Positions 27,000 through 41,195 of a DNA stretch of 64,000 nucleotides are shown here, piece by piece. A program made the position numbers and the translations under genes. The stretch lies in NCBI RefSeq assembly GCF_009914755.1, contig NC_060942.1. One strand, written 5' to 3'. Numbering within the stretch: the stretch's first letter is position 1; each line of letters starts with the position of its first letter. Below the pieces are notes generated by a model. The model did no database searches and was not told the DNA's origin. It saw only the letters and a program-made list of their open reading frames with translations. The DNA is from the human T2T-CHM13v2.0 reference genome, Homo sapiens.

Positions 27000-28283
27000 T
27001 GCACTGCGTAACAACATTTCAGTCAGTGATGGACTAAGTATACGACAGTGGTCCCATAAGATTATAATGGAGCTGAAAACCTTCTATCACCTGGTGATGT
27101 AGCCGTCATGACATCATAGCACAATGCATTGCTCACATGTTTCTGGTGATGCACTGCCAGTCATTCAAAAGTCGAGCACATGCAATTATGTACAGCACAT
27201 AATGTTTGGTAATAATCATAAGCGGCTATGTTACAGGCTTGTGTATTTATTATATGACACTTTTAATCATTATTTTAGAGTGTACTCCTTCTACTTACCA
27301 AAAAAAAAAAAAAAAAAAAGGAACTGTAAAGCAGCCTCAGGCGGGTCCTTCAGGAGGTATCCAGAAGAAGGCATTGTGATCCCAGGAGATGACAGCTCCA
27401 TGCATGTCACTGCCCTGAAGACCTTCCAGTGGGACAAGATGTGGAAGAGGAAGACAGTGATACTGATAATACTTCTAAAAATAGAAAAAAGCTTATAGAA
27501 TAACAATGTACAGAAAGAAAATATTTTTTGTATAGCTATAAAATGTGTGTTTTAAGCTAAATGTAATGAGTCAAACAGTTAAAAATATTTAAAAGTTGAT
27601 AAAGTAAAAAGTTACAGTAAGCTGTTTCATTTATTTTTGAAGAAAAAAATTTAAAAAATAAATGCAGTGTAGCCTAAGTCTCCAGTGTTTCTAAAGTCTA
27701 TAGTAGTGTACAGTAATGTCCTAGCTTTCCCATTCACTCACCACTCACTCACTGACTCACCCAGGACTGCCAGCCCTGTAAACTCCTGTAAACAGATGGT
27801 CATATAGTTGCTCGTGGGGTCACCTTGTCCTTGCTCTGCCTGACTCTGTGCCCAGCTCATCTTCCTGGCTGCTGGCTCAGCTGGCCTCCCATGGTCTCCT
27901 CCTTGCTCTGTTTTTTGCTGACCCCCTTGGTGAATGGATGTTCCTGGATTCCTAGAAGCTCTGGCAAGTTCTGACTTGTAAGTTCCCTATATAAGTGTAT
28001 CATAATTTTGTCTTTTATACCACATTTTTATTGTATCTTTCCTATATTTAGATCTGTTTAGATACACAAATACTCATGATTGTGTTATAAGTGTCCATAG
28101 TATTCAAGACAGTAACATGCTGCCCAGGTTTGTAGCCTAGGAGCAATGCCATACCATATAGCTTAGGGTGTTGTAGGCTGTACCATCTAGATTTGTGTAA
28201 GGGCACTCTGTTTGCACAATGATGAAATCACCTAAAGACGCATTTCTCAGAATGTATCCCTGTTGTTAAGCAATGCATGACTG
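27000..28283 (+). mobile_element. Tigger3b (Golem) DNA transposon carrying a templated insertion
   Basis: GTGGTCCCATAAGATTATAATGGAGCTGAAAA...GCATTTCTCAGAATGTATCCC...GCATGACTG|TA. Confidence 0.92.
27792..27973 (+). repeat. Dispersed direct duplication of 30424-30603
   Basis: 182 vs 180 bp, about 7 substitutions plus one 2-bp indel. Confidence 0.97.
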
Positions 28284-30205
28284 TATATACTGTAAATTTC
28301 CCTCTTACCCTTCTCCAAAGGCATGTGGCAGCTATTTGTCAGGTAACTGTGCATTGAGGAAAGGGGAAGTGATGAGACTTTGAGGGTTTATTGGACTCAA
28401 AAGGCTACTATGATACATTAGCCAGAGTAGGAAATTTTTGGGGTCTGGAGTCATGGAGTTTTGACTCAGGTCTATTTCATCTTGTGCCGAGTGTGTCTCT
28501 GAACCCATCCTATGCTTACATCCCTGGTTTTGGAATATGTAACTGGAATAGACATAACAACTGTCAGACTCCTCTCATTGTTTCCCTGACCCATGGAATG
28601 ACCCAAGGTCTACTATAATGGGAAGGACCAAGTGGAAGATTCTAGAGCTTCCTCTACCTCTTCAAATATTAATCCAAAAGCATTATACCCTTCCTGGAAG
28701 GACTGCAGAGATTAGTGCCACTCTTAAGAACTTGAAAGTCAGCGTTAGAGAATCCTACCATATTTCCATTTACCTTGTCTATTTGGCCTGTGCAGAAGGT
28801 AGATGGATTTTTAGGAACAAACGTGGATTACTGTAAACTTAATCTGGTGGTGAATCCAATTGCAGATGTGTATTGTTTGCACATCACCTCCAGCTGGTTT
28901 GCAGCTCTCAAGCTTGCAGATTTTCCCCACTCTTCACCTGTTGGTAAAGATCACCAGAAGCAGTTTGTCTTCAGTTGGCAGGGCTAGCAATACACCTTCA
29001 CTGAACTAACTCAGGGTTATAGCAGCTCTCTGGTCCTCTGTCATAATCTAATTCACAGGGATCTTGACTGCCTCTCCATTCCATGGGACATCGTGCTGGT
29101 CCGCTCCATTGAAGATAATTGATGATATCATGCTGATTGGACCTGGTGAGCAGGAAGTGAGTTGAGGGGAAACTGACCTAGACACTTTGAAAAGACATAT
29201 GTGTAACAGAGGGTAGAAATAAGTCCCACAAAAATTCAGGGGCCTTCCATCTCAGTGAAAAGGTATAGGAGTCTCATGTTCCAAGGCATTTTAAAAATCC
29301 CTTCCAAGGTGAAAGGTGAGTTTCTGTATCTAGAATCTTCTCTAGAAAGAAATGCAAAATCTAATGGGCCTTTTTTGGATCTTAAAGACAATATATACCT
29401 CATTTGGTCATGTCACTCTGAGCCATTTGTTGAAGCACCCAGAAAGGCTGCCAGTTTTGAGTGGGTCTCCTAACAAAAGAAGGCTCCGCAAGAGACGTCT
29501 CTGCAAGTTGCTCCACCACTTTGGCCATGTGACACAACAGATTCGATGACACTTGATGCGTCCCTGACTGGTTGCTATACTGTGACATTGGCAGGCTCCT
29601 ATCAATGAAGCATACAGCAAGTCTTTAGGAGAAGCATAGCTCTACCATTCTCTGCAAATAACTATTTTTTCTTTTGATAAATAGCTTCTGACTTGTTACA
29701 GGGCCGTAGAAAAGACTGAACACTTGACCATAGGCCACCACATGATCCAAACTGTCCAGCAAGAATCAGGTGTTTTCTGACCAACCAACCTGTAAAATCA
29801 GGTGTGCACAGCAGCACTGCATCCTCAGGGGGAGGTAATATATTCAATGTTGGCCTTGAGCAGATCCTGAAAGCACATGTAAGTTACCCAAACAAGTGGC
29901 TCAGAGTCTCCCGGCCCCTAGTTCTGCTCAGTTGCCTTCTCTCTCTCAACTTCCGCTATGGCTCATTAGAAATTCCCTATGGCCAGTTGACTGGGAAGGA
30001 AGAACTTCTGTCTCAGTTTACATGATTTTGCATGGTATGGCCACCCAAAGATAGATAAAGCAACACTGAGACTTTGCACCCTATTTCAGGGAGAGACTTA
30101 GTGTGTCTTTTGTTGTGTGAGAGATAGTTGCACCATGTTAGGTAAAAACATTATTTTATGATCGTATTTATTTGGAAATGAAAAATGGTCAAAAGAGGTA
30201 TATAT
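28284..30205 (+). mobile_element. ERVL internal region (degenerate pro/pol)
   Basis: Frameshifted RT peptides QKHYTLPGRTAEISATLKNLK, SIWPVQKVDG..VDYCKLN, KDHQKQFVFSWQG*QYTFT, DDIMLIG; purine tract before the LTR. Confidence 0.9.
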
Positions 30206-30725
30206 GGATGGTTTTGCACTGTGTCCACTTGATCAAGCTGGAACTGTGTTTCCCAGTATCCTTGCATAAGTCTGAGTTAGAGTTGGCCAGAGGAGAAAGT
30301 TGCATGGCCTTGGAGAGGTAGAAGGTGGGAAGCAGGCATCACCCCATGAAGATGAGGTGAGATGTGATGAGAGACAGAGGCAGACACTGGTAGTGGCTAG
30401 GTTGTTCTCTCTGTTCCTCATGGACAGATGGTCATATAGTTGCTCGTGGGGTCACCTTGTCCTTGCTCTGCCTGACTGTGCCCAGCTCATCTTCTTGGCT
30501 GCTGACCCAGCTGGCCTCCTATGGTCTCCTCCTTGCTCTGTTTTTTGCTGACCCCTTTGGTGAATGGATATCCCTGGATTCCTAGAAGCTCTGGCAAGTT
30601 CTGCCTCATGCACCAGTGCAGGTCATCATCAGAGAGTCCAATTAGTGACTCCCTCTTCTGGGCCCTTAATTCCCTAGCTTCCCCACAATTGTATACATGT
30701 TTATGCCTATTATAAATAGGAATTG
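30206..30725 (+). mobile_element. ERVL 3' LTR (MLT2F-like)
   Basis: TGTCCACTTGATCAAGCTGGAACTGTGTTTCCCAG...TTAGAGTTGGCCAGAGGAGAAAG directly follows the ERVL internal sequence. Confidence 0.75.
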
Positions 30726-31596
30726 TTGGTACCCTAAGCCTGGGAGGGAAGGAAAAACTCACCAAATCCCTGAAGAAAGGATGGCAAATCTGGGCCATTC
30801 TCCTGGGATACGGCAGGAATGAGGTGACTGACTTCTCACCTTTCTCACCTCTGCCACCTGGCAGGTATATGTCAGGGGAAGCCCCAACGGTCAGGTTTCA
30901 GCCTCAGTGATCGAAACCTTCAATGTTCACTGTTAGGAGACAGGCAAATTATGAACCTAACTAGAGCCACCAGGCAGCACAAGCCCTACAGCACACCCGT
31001 CTTGGTCTTCTAAGTTTGAGGAGAGTTACATAGTAACTTCAGTAATAAAATCTTGTAGAGTGGAGAGAGGAAGCTTCCAGAACATGTTAGTGGGCTGATA
31101 GTTAAGGTATAAGCCCATCTCAAGCAGCCCATATTAACTAAAACTTTAGCAATAAGCTCCTGACACGTGAGTCAAGGAGCCTTAGGGAAAACTTTTGAAA
31201 CATGTGTCTGGTGTCTCTAAATGCCATGAGATAGCCATTTTTGATGTTTTACCCCCTAAATGTATGCTCATGGAGCTGAGAGGATAGTAAAAGCAGACTT
31301 CTAAGATGAATTTAGAGATATTTCTTGTCTGGACTATAAACCAAAACCCAAAAAACCCAGGATCCTATGGGGCTCACCAAAGGTTTCTAGAAGGTCTTAG
31401 TTCCGGAGATCCTTAAACATGGAACTTTTAGAAAATTAGTAATCACCATTAAATTTGGCTTTGTAGGGCAAGGGGACTTTTTAACATTTAAATCCTAGAG
31501 AGCTTAGTTACTAAACAGAGCAGGGTGCTTTTAGGATACTGATGAAATCCAGACATCTATGTTCAAATCTGGTTGTTCCTAAGACAGCCACTATTC

Positions 31597-31893
<297 letters not shown>

Positions 31894-32227
31894 TACTCTC
31901 TTTAGATCAAAGTTTCCTTGTCTGCAAAACAAATAGGTTGGGCTATGACAGAGGATAGACTGATCTCCCAAGTCAGTTCTCATCAACTGGAGGTTTACAG
32001 GACTCAGGGAACTGGCGCTGAGAATGGAGGTCACCTTGGCCAGTCAAGAGCTTGTAAGTTAGTGAGAGCCAACTTTTTATATGGGGATCTTGAATGTTCA
32101 GATTTACCACTTACCACTTTTTGACTAAGCTTCAATTTCCTCAATGATAAAACGGAAATACTGTGGTAGCTACATGACATGGTGTTTGTAGGGGCTAACT
32201 CAGATGTCCAACAAATACTTAAAACCA

Positions 32228-32535
<308 letters not shown>

Positions 32536-32986
32536 AAATACTTAAAACCAGTTCTGGCACATCGCAGAAATTCAGCAAAAGTTAACCATGAGAGTGAGCA
32601 CTTCGGAGCCCTTCCCTCTGCTTCCTGAATGCCTCTCTGTGCTCTGATGCCAGCACCAACTGGGTATGTTCGAGAAATTCTTGGATTCCAAAAGTGGAGA
32701 TTTTAGTTCTGCAGGTCCAGTTTGGGAACAAGGATCTGTATTTCTAGGAAGCTCCTCAGATAATAATGATATGGAGTCTTGTTTTGAAATCCTTGCACTA
32801 GGAAACACACAGGTATACACCCATTTGCACACGCACACAATCTCACATACAGCTACTTAGTGAAGCTATTAAAATCGAGTTGCACTTTGAAGAAGAAGAT
32901 ATTCCTCAGTTTTACAATGAAATGAGTTTATGTATTTATTTACATCCCTGCCTCTTCTAAAGGATTTCATAAAGAATGCTTTATGC

Positions 32987-33308
32987 CAGCAATCCCCAAA
33001 CTTTTTGGCACCAGAGACCAGTTTCGTGGAAGGCAATTTTTCCATGGGCCGGGGGCAGGTGAAGATGGTTTCAGGATGAACCCATTCCACCTCAGATCAT
33101 CAGGCATTAGGTAGATTCTCATAAGGATTGTGAAACCTAGAACCCTCTCATGTGCATTTCACAATAGGGTATGGGCTCCTGTGAGAATCTAATGCCGTGG
33201 CCGATCTGACAGGAGGTGGAGCTCAGGTGGTAATGCTCTCTCATCTGCCCCTCACCTCCTGCTGTGTAGCCTGGTGCCGGTCTGCTGCCCGGTGGTTGGG
33301 GACTGCTG
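32987..33308 (-). mobile_element. MER1B hAT-Charlie MITE
   Basis: CAGCAATCCCCAAACTTTTTGGCACCAGAGACCAGTTTCGTGGAAG...GTTGGGGACTGCTG. Confidence 0.88.
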
Positions 33309-35167
33309 ATTTACACCACACTGAGTAAGCCTCAATCAGAGGTTCCTCATCTGCCTTTCAAAAATACTCCAGGCAAGACTCACTTGGAGGAATGCAGTGG
33401 ATTTGTCTGGCATCTGGACATTCCTTCCATGTCATGGCACACATCTGGTTTTTTGAGATGAGCGGGACATTTCCTGTCCAGTTTCCCTCCAGATGTTTGA
33501 GGATGTGAAGATGCAGCCCAAGGGGTGAGCAATCTATCCAGCTTCAATGACCTGTTAAAATCCAGTCCTCAGCAGGGTCCTCACTAGACTCATTATGTTC
33601 ACCATCTGTATGTGCCTAGGTCTTTTCACACAGACACCCTGCACAGCAGTCCTTCGGTTGCATAGAGCTTCCATCAGATAGACAGCGGACTTTTTCATTC
33701 CCTCCACTTTGCACATGCATGCCTTGGAGGCCCAGCACAAAGTGAGGGATTGGTGCACATTTGCAAATGGACGTCTTGGAGCAGACAGATGGGTGGATGG
33801 TTATCTGGCTTCTACAGAATCCAAGTTAAGCTAATACCATTCAGATTCCTTCCCAGCCTATGCTGTGCTTTCTCAAGGTTGCTGAAATTGAATTCAAAAG
33901 CCAAGAACATATGCTGGCCAGGCTCAAAGAGCAATTGCCGATTGCAAACACATGGCTTAGCAATGCATAAGGTGCTATGGGGTGACATTTGGTGTTGTTG
34001 ATTAAGTGGGATAGTCACAAGAACTGTCATTCAAATCCATTGCCCTTGCACGTAGCACGTGTTAAAAAATTTTGTTTTTTAAACAAAGCACTAAGTAAAA
34101 AACAAAACAGAAAAATTCTGATGCAAATGCTTTATGGTTCTGAAGATGGAAACTAAATTTTGGATTTGATTTTTACAGATGTGGATGGAAAACGCCACAT
34201 AAAACAAGAGGCTCTGCAGTTAGGATTTCTTGCAGCCTTGAGTGCGATTTATGAAACAAGGAAGATTAAGATTCATGGCCATAAAGAATTCAGTATAGAG
34301 ATATCTTCAGGTCACAAAGCAAAACAGATTTTTTGTGTGTGTGCAGCAGTCATGTCTGTTCCATCAGTCAAGGATGCCTGTGGGTACCAGGCTAGGGCCA
34401 AATCAAATGCTTGCCCTCAGAAAATTGCCACCAGGCTTAGAAAGGATAAAGAAAGGGAGGTGGTCACAGAGAGCATACAAGCCTCCTCCAAAATTCCAGG
34501 TTGGAAACACTTTGTTATTGGCAAGTGTCCAGGTTCCTCAGCTTTGCCAAGAGACTCTTTGAAGGCAGGACTAGTCTTAGCCGCATGGGTTAGGATCGTG
34601 TGGGTGACATTTTAACAAAGAAGGTGGTCCTGTCACATGGAGGAAATGAAAATGTGCTGTGCAGAAATCCCTGAAAAGGCTGCTGGCCGTGAGGCAATCC
34701 CATTGTTCTGCAGTTTTTGATTTGGGCATTTGCTATTAAAATAACACCGGCAGTAAGAGGCAGTGTGGCTCTGCAGAGTGCCCTGGCACAGCTCTCAGAG
34801 CTGCGTCCTTGGCCTTACTGCGGTTTCCCCCGTGGGACTTTGGTGATTCATTCGTCCCCCGGGTCTCCATTTCTCCTCCTCTCCTTTGGCAGATTCCCTT
34901 TACAAGAGAAATTGTTTGCAGAGCTCCCATCTCTCCCCTCTCCCTTCATTCCTTCTGTGACCATTGTTCCTGCTGAATAAATGGATTTGCATATATTCAT
35001 TGACAGTTTCCTAAACCCTTTCGAAATGCAATGATAGCTGGCTGGGAGCGCATTTCGAGGAGGGGTGGATGGGTCATGCTGCATATGTAGATTGTGACAC
35101 AAACCATGACACAGGGGTAGATCTTTTCCCTGTTTCCACCTTCCATTGTGTAGCTTTTTCTGGGGTG

Positions 35168-35257
35168 CAGCCTGGCTGGAGCTTGAGGGTCGGAACATTC
35201 TGAATTCATTCTGAATCCAGCCTGGCTGGAGTTGAGGATCAGAACATTCTGAATTCA
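35168..35257. repeat. Local ~40-bp tandem duplication
   Basis: CAGCCTGGCTGGAG(C)TTGAGG(G/A)TC(G/A)GAACATTCTGAATTCA twice, separated by TTCTGAATC. Confidence 0.9.
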
Positions 35258-36231
35258 GAAATAAATAAAGTAAATCCCATCAAAAGAAATCAGTGGTGCT
35301 GCTACCACATCCTGAGCGCTGGGCTCAGTGACTGCTGTCTGAAGCAGTGTGTGCTGAGTGCGCCCTCATGCCAGAAGATGGTCTGAGACAGCAAAGCTTC
35401 AGGCTGTGCCTGGAGTCACTTCCCGGAAAGCCTCTGTGCCCACAGGTGGGCTCAAGACCAGGGAGTCCCGCAGCAAAGACCACAGCTTGATGCCACTTCA
35501 CCAAGAGTTTCCCAAACCTATCTGCTGTCCCAAAATACTCACTTTTTGGAACATGTATATATGAAGAACATCTTTGGGGACCTCAGGACTGATGGGAAGG
35601 TGCCCACCGCCAGTTAGCAGCTCACACTGAGCAGGTTCAGGGAGAAATGTGTGTGGAGGTAGGACTGGGGGCATTCTCAGGGGCCTTTCAATTCTGGGTA
35701 GATCCCCCCTTGCAATGTTTCTCAACCATTTCTTCATGATCACCTCCCTAAGAAGAAAAATCAAATGAAATTTAAATTCTCCCTAATGAGAGAAGTGAAA
35801 TACGGAGAAACATAATTTTGTTGAATAACATCGCGTTTTAGAGAGCCACAAACCATTATAACATCCAAATTGTTTTCTCCCTCAAGAATCAATTTTTGCT
35901 GCCCTTGGAGGCAACATTGCCTCCCTGCCCCCCATAGAGAGTCCATGGTTTAGGGGTCCATGTCAGCTTTCAAATAACTTTGCCTGATTTAGAGGGGATA
36001 GGGCTGGCCTTCTGGAGAAGCCACTTTCTTCTGCTGTGATGGATTGGGGAGTGGGGTGTTGGGGAGTGGGGTGTCAGAGGGTGGAGGAGACAAGGATTTG
36101 GCTCTACTGTCTCAGATTCCAGGGAAGTTAGGAGTGAGTTTCCCAGATTCAGATAAAAGGAAACAGATACAAGGACTATTGATGTATGGAGGTGATAATG
36201 GGTCAGGTTTTAAGAGCAAGAGTTCAAATCT

Positions 36232-36535
36232 GGCTGGACACAGTGGCTCACACCTGTAATCCTACTGCTTTGGAGGCTGAGGCAGGTGGATCGCTTGAGC
36301 TCAAGAGATTAAGACCTGCCTGGGCAACATGGCGAGAACCCTTCTCTACAAAAAAATTAAAAAATAAAAAATTATCCAGGTGTGGTGATGTGTGTCTGTG
36401 GTCACAGCTGCTCAAGAGGCTGAGGTGGGAGGACTGCTTTAGCCCAAGAGGTTGAGGCTGCAGTGAGCCATGATCACGCTACTCCAGCCTGGGCAACAGG
36501 ACAAGACCCTTTCTCAAAAAAAAAAAAAAAAAAAA
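36232..36535 (+). mobile_element. AluJ
   Basis: Diverged Alu (GGAGGACTGCTTTAGCCCAAGAGGTTGAGGCTGCAG), A-tail, TSD AAGAGTTCAAA. Confidence 0.92.
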
Positions 36536-37460
36536 GAAGAGTTCAAAGATCTTAGCTTTGCCAGTTGTTGGCTGAATAACCAGATAACCTTAGGCAAGTT
36601 ACTTAACCTCCTTGAGCTTCTCTTTCTCAGTCTGTAAGTTGGGGATCATATGAGCTCACTGGATTTTTGTGAGCAATTTCTCTTCATGATATGAGAAGTG
36701 CTTAAGACAGTGCCTGAGGCCTAATTAGCTTTCATTTGAATTCACATTTATTCTTTTAAAAATAATAGCATTATTAATCTGATACCTAATTTCAGGAATG
36801 TCAGGTGATAATCTGCCAGTACTTCTTAAGTAACACTTTTATATTTTGTCTTGAGAGAGGTAGTGGTGTCCATTTTTCCTTTAAGAAATGATTAATGGTA
36901 GGATTTCTTGGCTCTTGTGGTTGGTAACCAGGAGAGCTAAATTTGGGCTAGCATTTTTCGGCAGCCTTCAAATTAGGTCACTTTGTTAGCCATGGACTTA
37001 TTTTAAATCTTGGCTCTATTGTTTAAAAGCTATGTGAGCTAGTGCAAGTTACTAGACATCATTGTGCCTCAGTGTCCTCTTCAGTAAAATGGGGACAATC
37101 TTGCAGCATTGTGAGTCAACAAGGTAATGCACATAAATTACATCATGATTTAGTTTTTGGTCCTGCTACAGTGGACATTGTTGGTTGCCTCCTGAGCCTC
37201 AGTGCCCACCACCCTTCCTCTTCCTAACAAAACTTGTTTTATTCAGGCATCAACCCTACGCAAGACAATCCAAGTGCCTTTCTTCATCTCTAACATTAGT
37301 CCAAGCCAAATGGCACATGGCGCTCCCCTGGGTGACCTGAGTTGGCTTGTGCACAGGGAAGTGTGTCATCTCCTACTAGATGTGAACAAGAATACATGAG
37401 GCCCCAGGTGCTACAGGTGGACATCTGAAGCCGCAGGCAGCCACAGGGCCTCCTGCTTAG

Positions 37461-37892
<432 letters not shown>

Positions 37893-37917
37893 TGATCAAA
37901 ACAAATAGCCAATTAGC

Positions 37918-40900
37918 ATTTTTTTAATTTATTTTTTATTTTAATTTTTTTCAACTTTTATTTTAGATTCAAGGGTACATGTGCAGATTTGTTATATGGG
38001 TATGTTTTGTGATGCTGAGGTTTGGGGTACGATTGATCAGTTACCCAGATACTGAGAATAGTACTTGATACTTAGTTTTTCAACCCTTCCCCACCTCCCA
38101 CCCTCTCACCTCTAGTAGTCCCCAGAGTCTGCTGTTGCCATCTTTTTGTTCATGAGTACCCATTGTTTAGCACCCACTTATGTGAGAACATGCGGTATAT
38201 GGTTTTCTGTGTTAATTCACTTAGGATTATGGCCTCCAGCTGCATCCATGTTGCTCAAAGGACATGACTTTATTCTTCTTTATGGCTGCATAGTATTTCA
38301 TGGTGTATATGTACTGCTTTTTCTTTATCCAGTCCACTGTTGATGGGCACCTAGGTTGATTCCATGTCTTTGCTATTGTGACTGGTGCAGTGATGAACAT
38401 GTAAGTGCATGTGTCTTTTTGGTAGAACAATTTGTTTTCTTTTGGGTATATACCTAGTAATGGGATTGCTGGGTTGAACGGTGATTCTGTTTTAAAGTTC
38501 TCTGGGAAATCTCCAAACTGCTTTTCACAGTGTCTGAACTAATTTACAGTTGCACCAACAATGTATAAGCTTTACCTATTCTCCTCAGCCTCATCAGCAT
38601 CTGTTACTTTTTGTCTTTTTAATAATAGCCATTCTGACTGGTGTGAGATGGTATCTCATTGTGGTTTTGACTTGCATTTTTCTGATGATTAGTGATGTGG
38701 AGCATTTTATCATATGTTTGTTGGCCACTTGTGTGTCTTCTTTTGAGAAGTGTCTGTTCATGTCTTTTGCCCATTTTTTAACAGGATTATTTGTTTTTTT
38801 TTTTTCTCTTTCTTTTTGCTTGTTGATTTGTTTAAGTTCCTTATAGATTCTGGATATTAGACCTTCATTGGATGCATAGTGTGTGAATATTTTATCCCAC
38901 TACGTAGATTGTCTATTTACTCTGTTGATAGTTTCTTCTGCTATGCAGAAGAGATTTAGTTTAATCAGGTCCCACTTGTCAATTGTTGTCTTTGTTGCAA
39001 TTGCTTTTGAGGACTTAGTTATAAGCCCAAAGTCCATAATGGTGTTTTTAAGGTTTTTTTTTTCTAGGATTGTTATAGTTTGAGGTCTTATATCTTTAAT
39101 CCATCTGAAATTAATTTTTGTATATGGTGAAAGTTAGTTAGGGGTCCAGTTTTGTTCTTCTGCAGATGACTAGCCAGTTATTCAAGCATTATTGATGACA
39201 TAGGGAATCCTTTCCCTATTGCTTATTTTTAAGCTTTAGTCAAAAATCAGATGGCTGTAGGTGCACGGTTTTATTTGTGGGTTCTCTATTCTGTTCCATT
39301 GACGTATGTGTCTATGATATGGGTTGGCTCTGTGTCCCCAACCAAATCTCATGTTGAATTGTAATCCCCCAGTGTTGGAGGTGGGGCCTGGTGGGAGATG
39401 ATTGGATTATGGGGGTGGTTTCTAACGGGTTAAAACTGCCCCCCTAGTGCTGTCTCGTGATAGATTTCTCATGAGATCTGACAGTTTAAAAGTGCATGGC
39501 ACTTCCTCCTTTGTTGTCTCTCTCTCCTGTCACCATGTGAATATGTGCTTGCTTCCGCTTTGCCTTCTGCCATGATTGTAAGTTTCCCAGGCCTCCCCAG
39601 CCATGCCTCCTGTACAGCCTATGGAACTGTGAATCAATTAAACCTCTTTTCTTTATAAACTACCCAGTAGCAGGTAGCTTTTTATACCAATGTGAGAATG
39701 GACTAATACAGTCTGTTTTCGTACCAGTGCCATGCTGTTTTGGTTACTGTAGCCTTATAGTACAGCCTGAAGTCAGGTAATGTGACACTTCCAGCTTTTT
39801 TTTCTTTTTGCTTAGGATTGCTCTGGCTATTTGGGCTAATTTTTGGTTTCATATTAATTTTAGAATAGTTTTTCTAGTTCTGTGAAAAATGACATTGGTA
39901 GTTTGGTAGAAATAGTGTTGAATCTATACATTGCTTTGGGCAGTATGGCCATTTTAATGATACTGAGTCTTCTAATCCATGAGCATGAAATATTTTTTCA
40001 TTTGTTTGTGTCATCTGTTATTTTTTTTAGCAGTTTTATACTTCTCCTTGTAGAGATTTTTCACCTCCTTGGTTAGATGCATTCCTAGGTATATTATTAT
40101 TTTTTATGGCTATTGTAAATGGGATTACATTATGAATTTGACTCTCAGAACGTTATTGGTGTATAGAAATACTGCCGATTTTCGTACACTGATTTTGTAT
40201 CCTAAAACTATACTGAAGTTATTTATCAGTTCCAGGAGCCTTTTGGTGGAGTCTTCAGGGTTTTCTAAGTGTAGAATCATATCATCCATGAAAGAAGAGA
40301 ACTTGATCTCTTCTTTTCCTATTTAAATGCCTTTTATTTCTTTCTCTTGCTTGATTGCTCTAGCTAGCACTTCCAGTACTATGTTGAATAGGAGTGGTGA
40401 GAGTGGGCATCCTTGTCTTATTTTAGTTCTCAAGGGGATGGTTCCAGCTTTTGCCCATTCAGTATAATGTTGCCTGTGGGTTTGTCAGAGATGACTCTTA
40501 TTATTTTGAAGTATGTTCCTTTGATGGCTAGTTTCTTGAGGATTTTTATCAGGAAGGGATGTTGGATTTTATCAAAAGCTATTTTTGCATCTATTGAGAA
40601 GATCACATGGTTTTTAATTCTGTTTATTGATTTCAAAAATGATTTATTTAATCACATTTATTGATTCATATATGTTGAAACACTCTTGAATCTCCAGAAT
40701 AAAGACTACTTTATTATGGGAAATTAACTTTTTGATGTGCTGTTGGATTCAGTTTTCTAGTATTTTGTTGAGGATTTTGCATTTGTGTTCATTAGGATAT
40801 TGGCCTGTAGTTCTCTGCTTTTTTTTGTTTTTTTTTTTTTTTTGGGTTTTTTGCCAGGTTTTGGTATCAAGGTGATACTGGCTTCACAGAATGAGTTAGA

Positions 40901-41195
40901 GAGGAGTCCCTCTTCCTCAATTTTTAAGAATAGTTTCAGCTCTTCTTTGTACATCTGGTAGAATTTGGCTGTGAATCCATCTGGTCCAGGGCTTTTTTTG
41001 TTAATAGGTTTTTAATTAGTGCTTTAATTTCAGAACTCAATAGTGGTCTGTTTAGGGTTTCAATTTCTTCCTGATTCAGTCTTGCAGGTTGTATGTTTCC
41101 AAGAATTTATCCATTTCTTCTAGATTTTTTAGTTTGTGTGCATAGAGGTGTTCATGACAGTCTCTGGGGATCTTTTGTATTTCTGTGGGATTAGT
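37918..41195 (-). mobile_element. L1 (old L1PA/L1PB class) 3' UTR and ORF2 fragment, interrupted by MSTA
   Basis: T-rich tail and L1 3' UTR; minus ORFs [21 protein letters not shown] (RT) and [15 protein letters not shown]. Confidence 0.95.
39315..39710 (+). mobile_element. MSTA MaLR solo LTR nested in L1
   Basis: TGATATGGGTTGGCTCTGTGTCCCCA...GGACTAATACA; 5-bp TSD GTCTA/GTCTG. Confidence 0.92.

Noticed and set aside
28618-29200. Reverse-transcriptase peptides as a functional or domesticated gene
   Set aside because: Multiple stops and frameshifts; ordinary decayed ERVL pol
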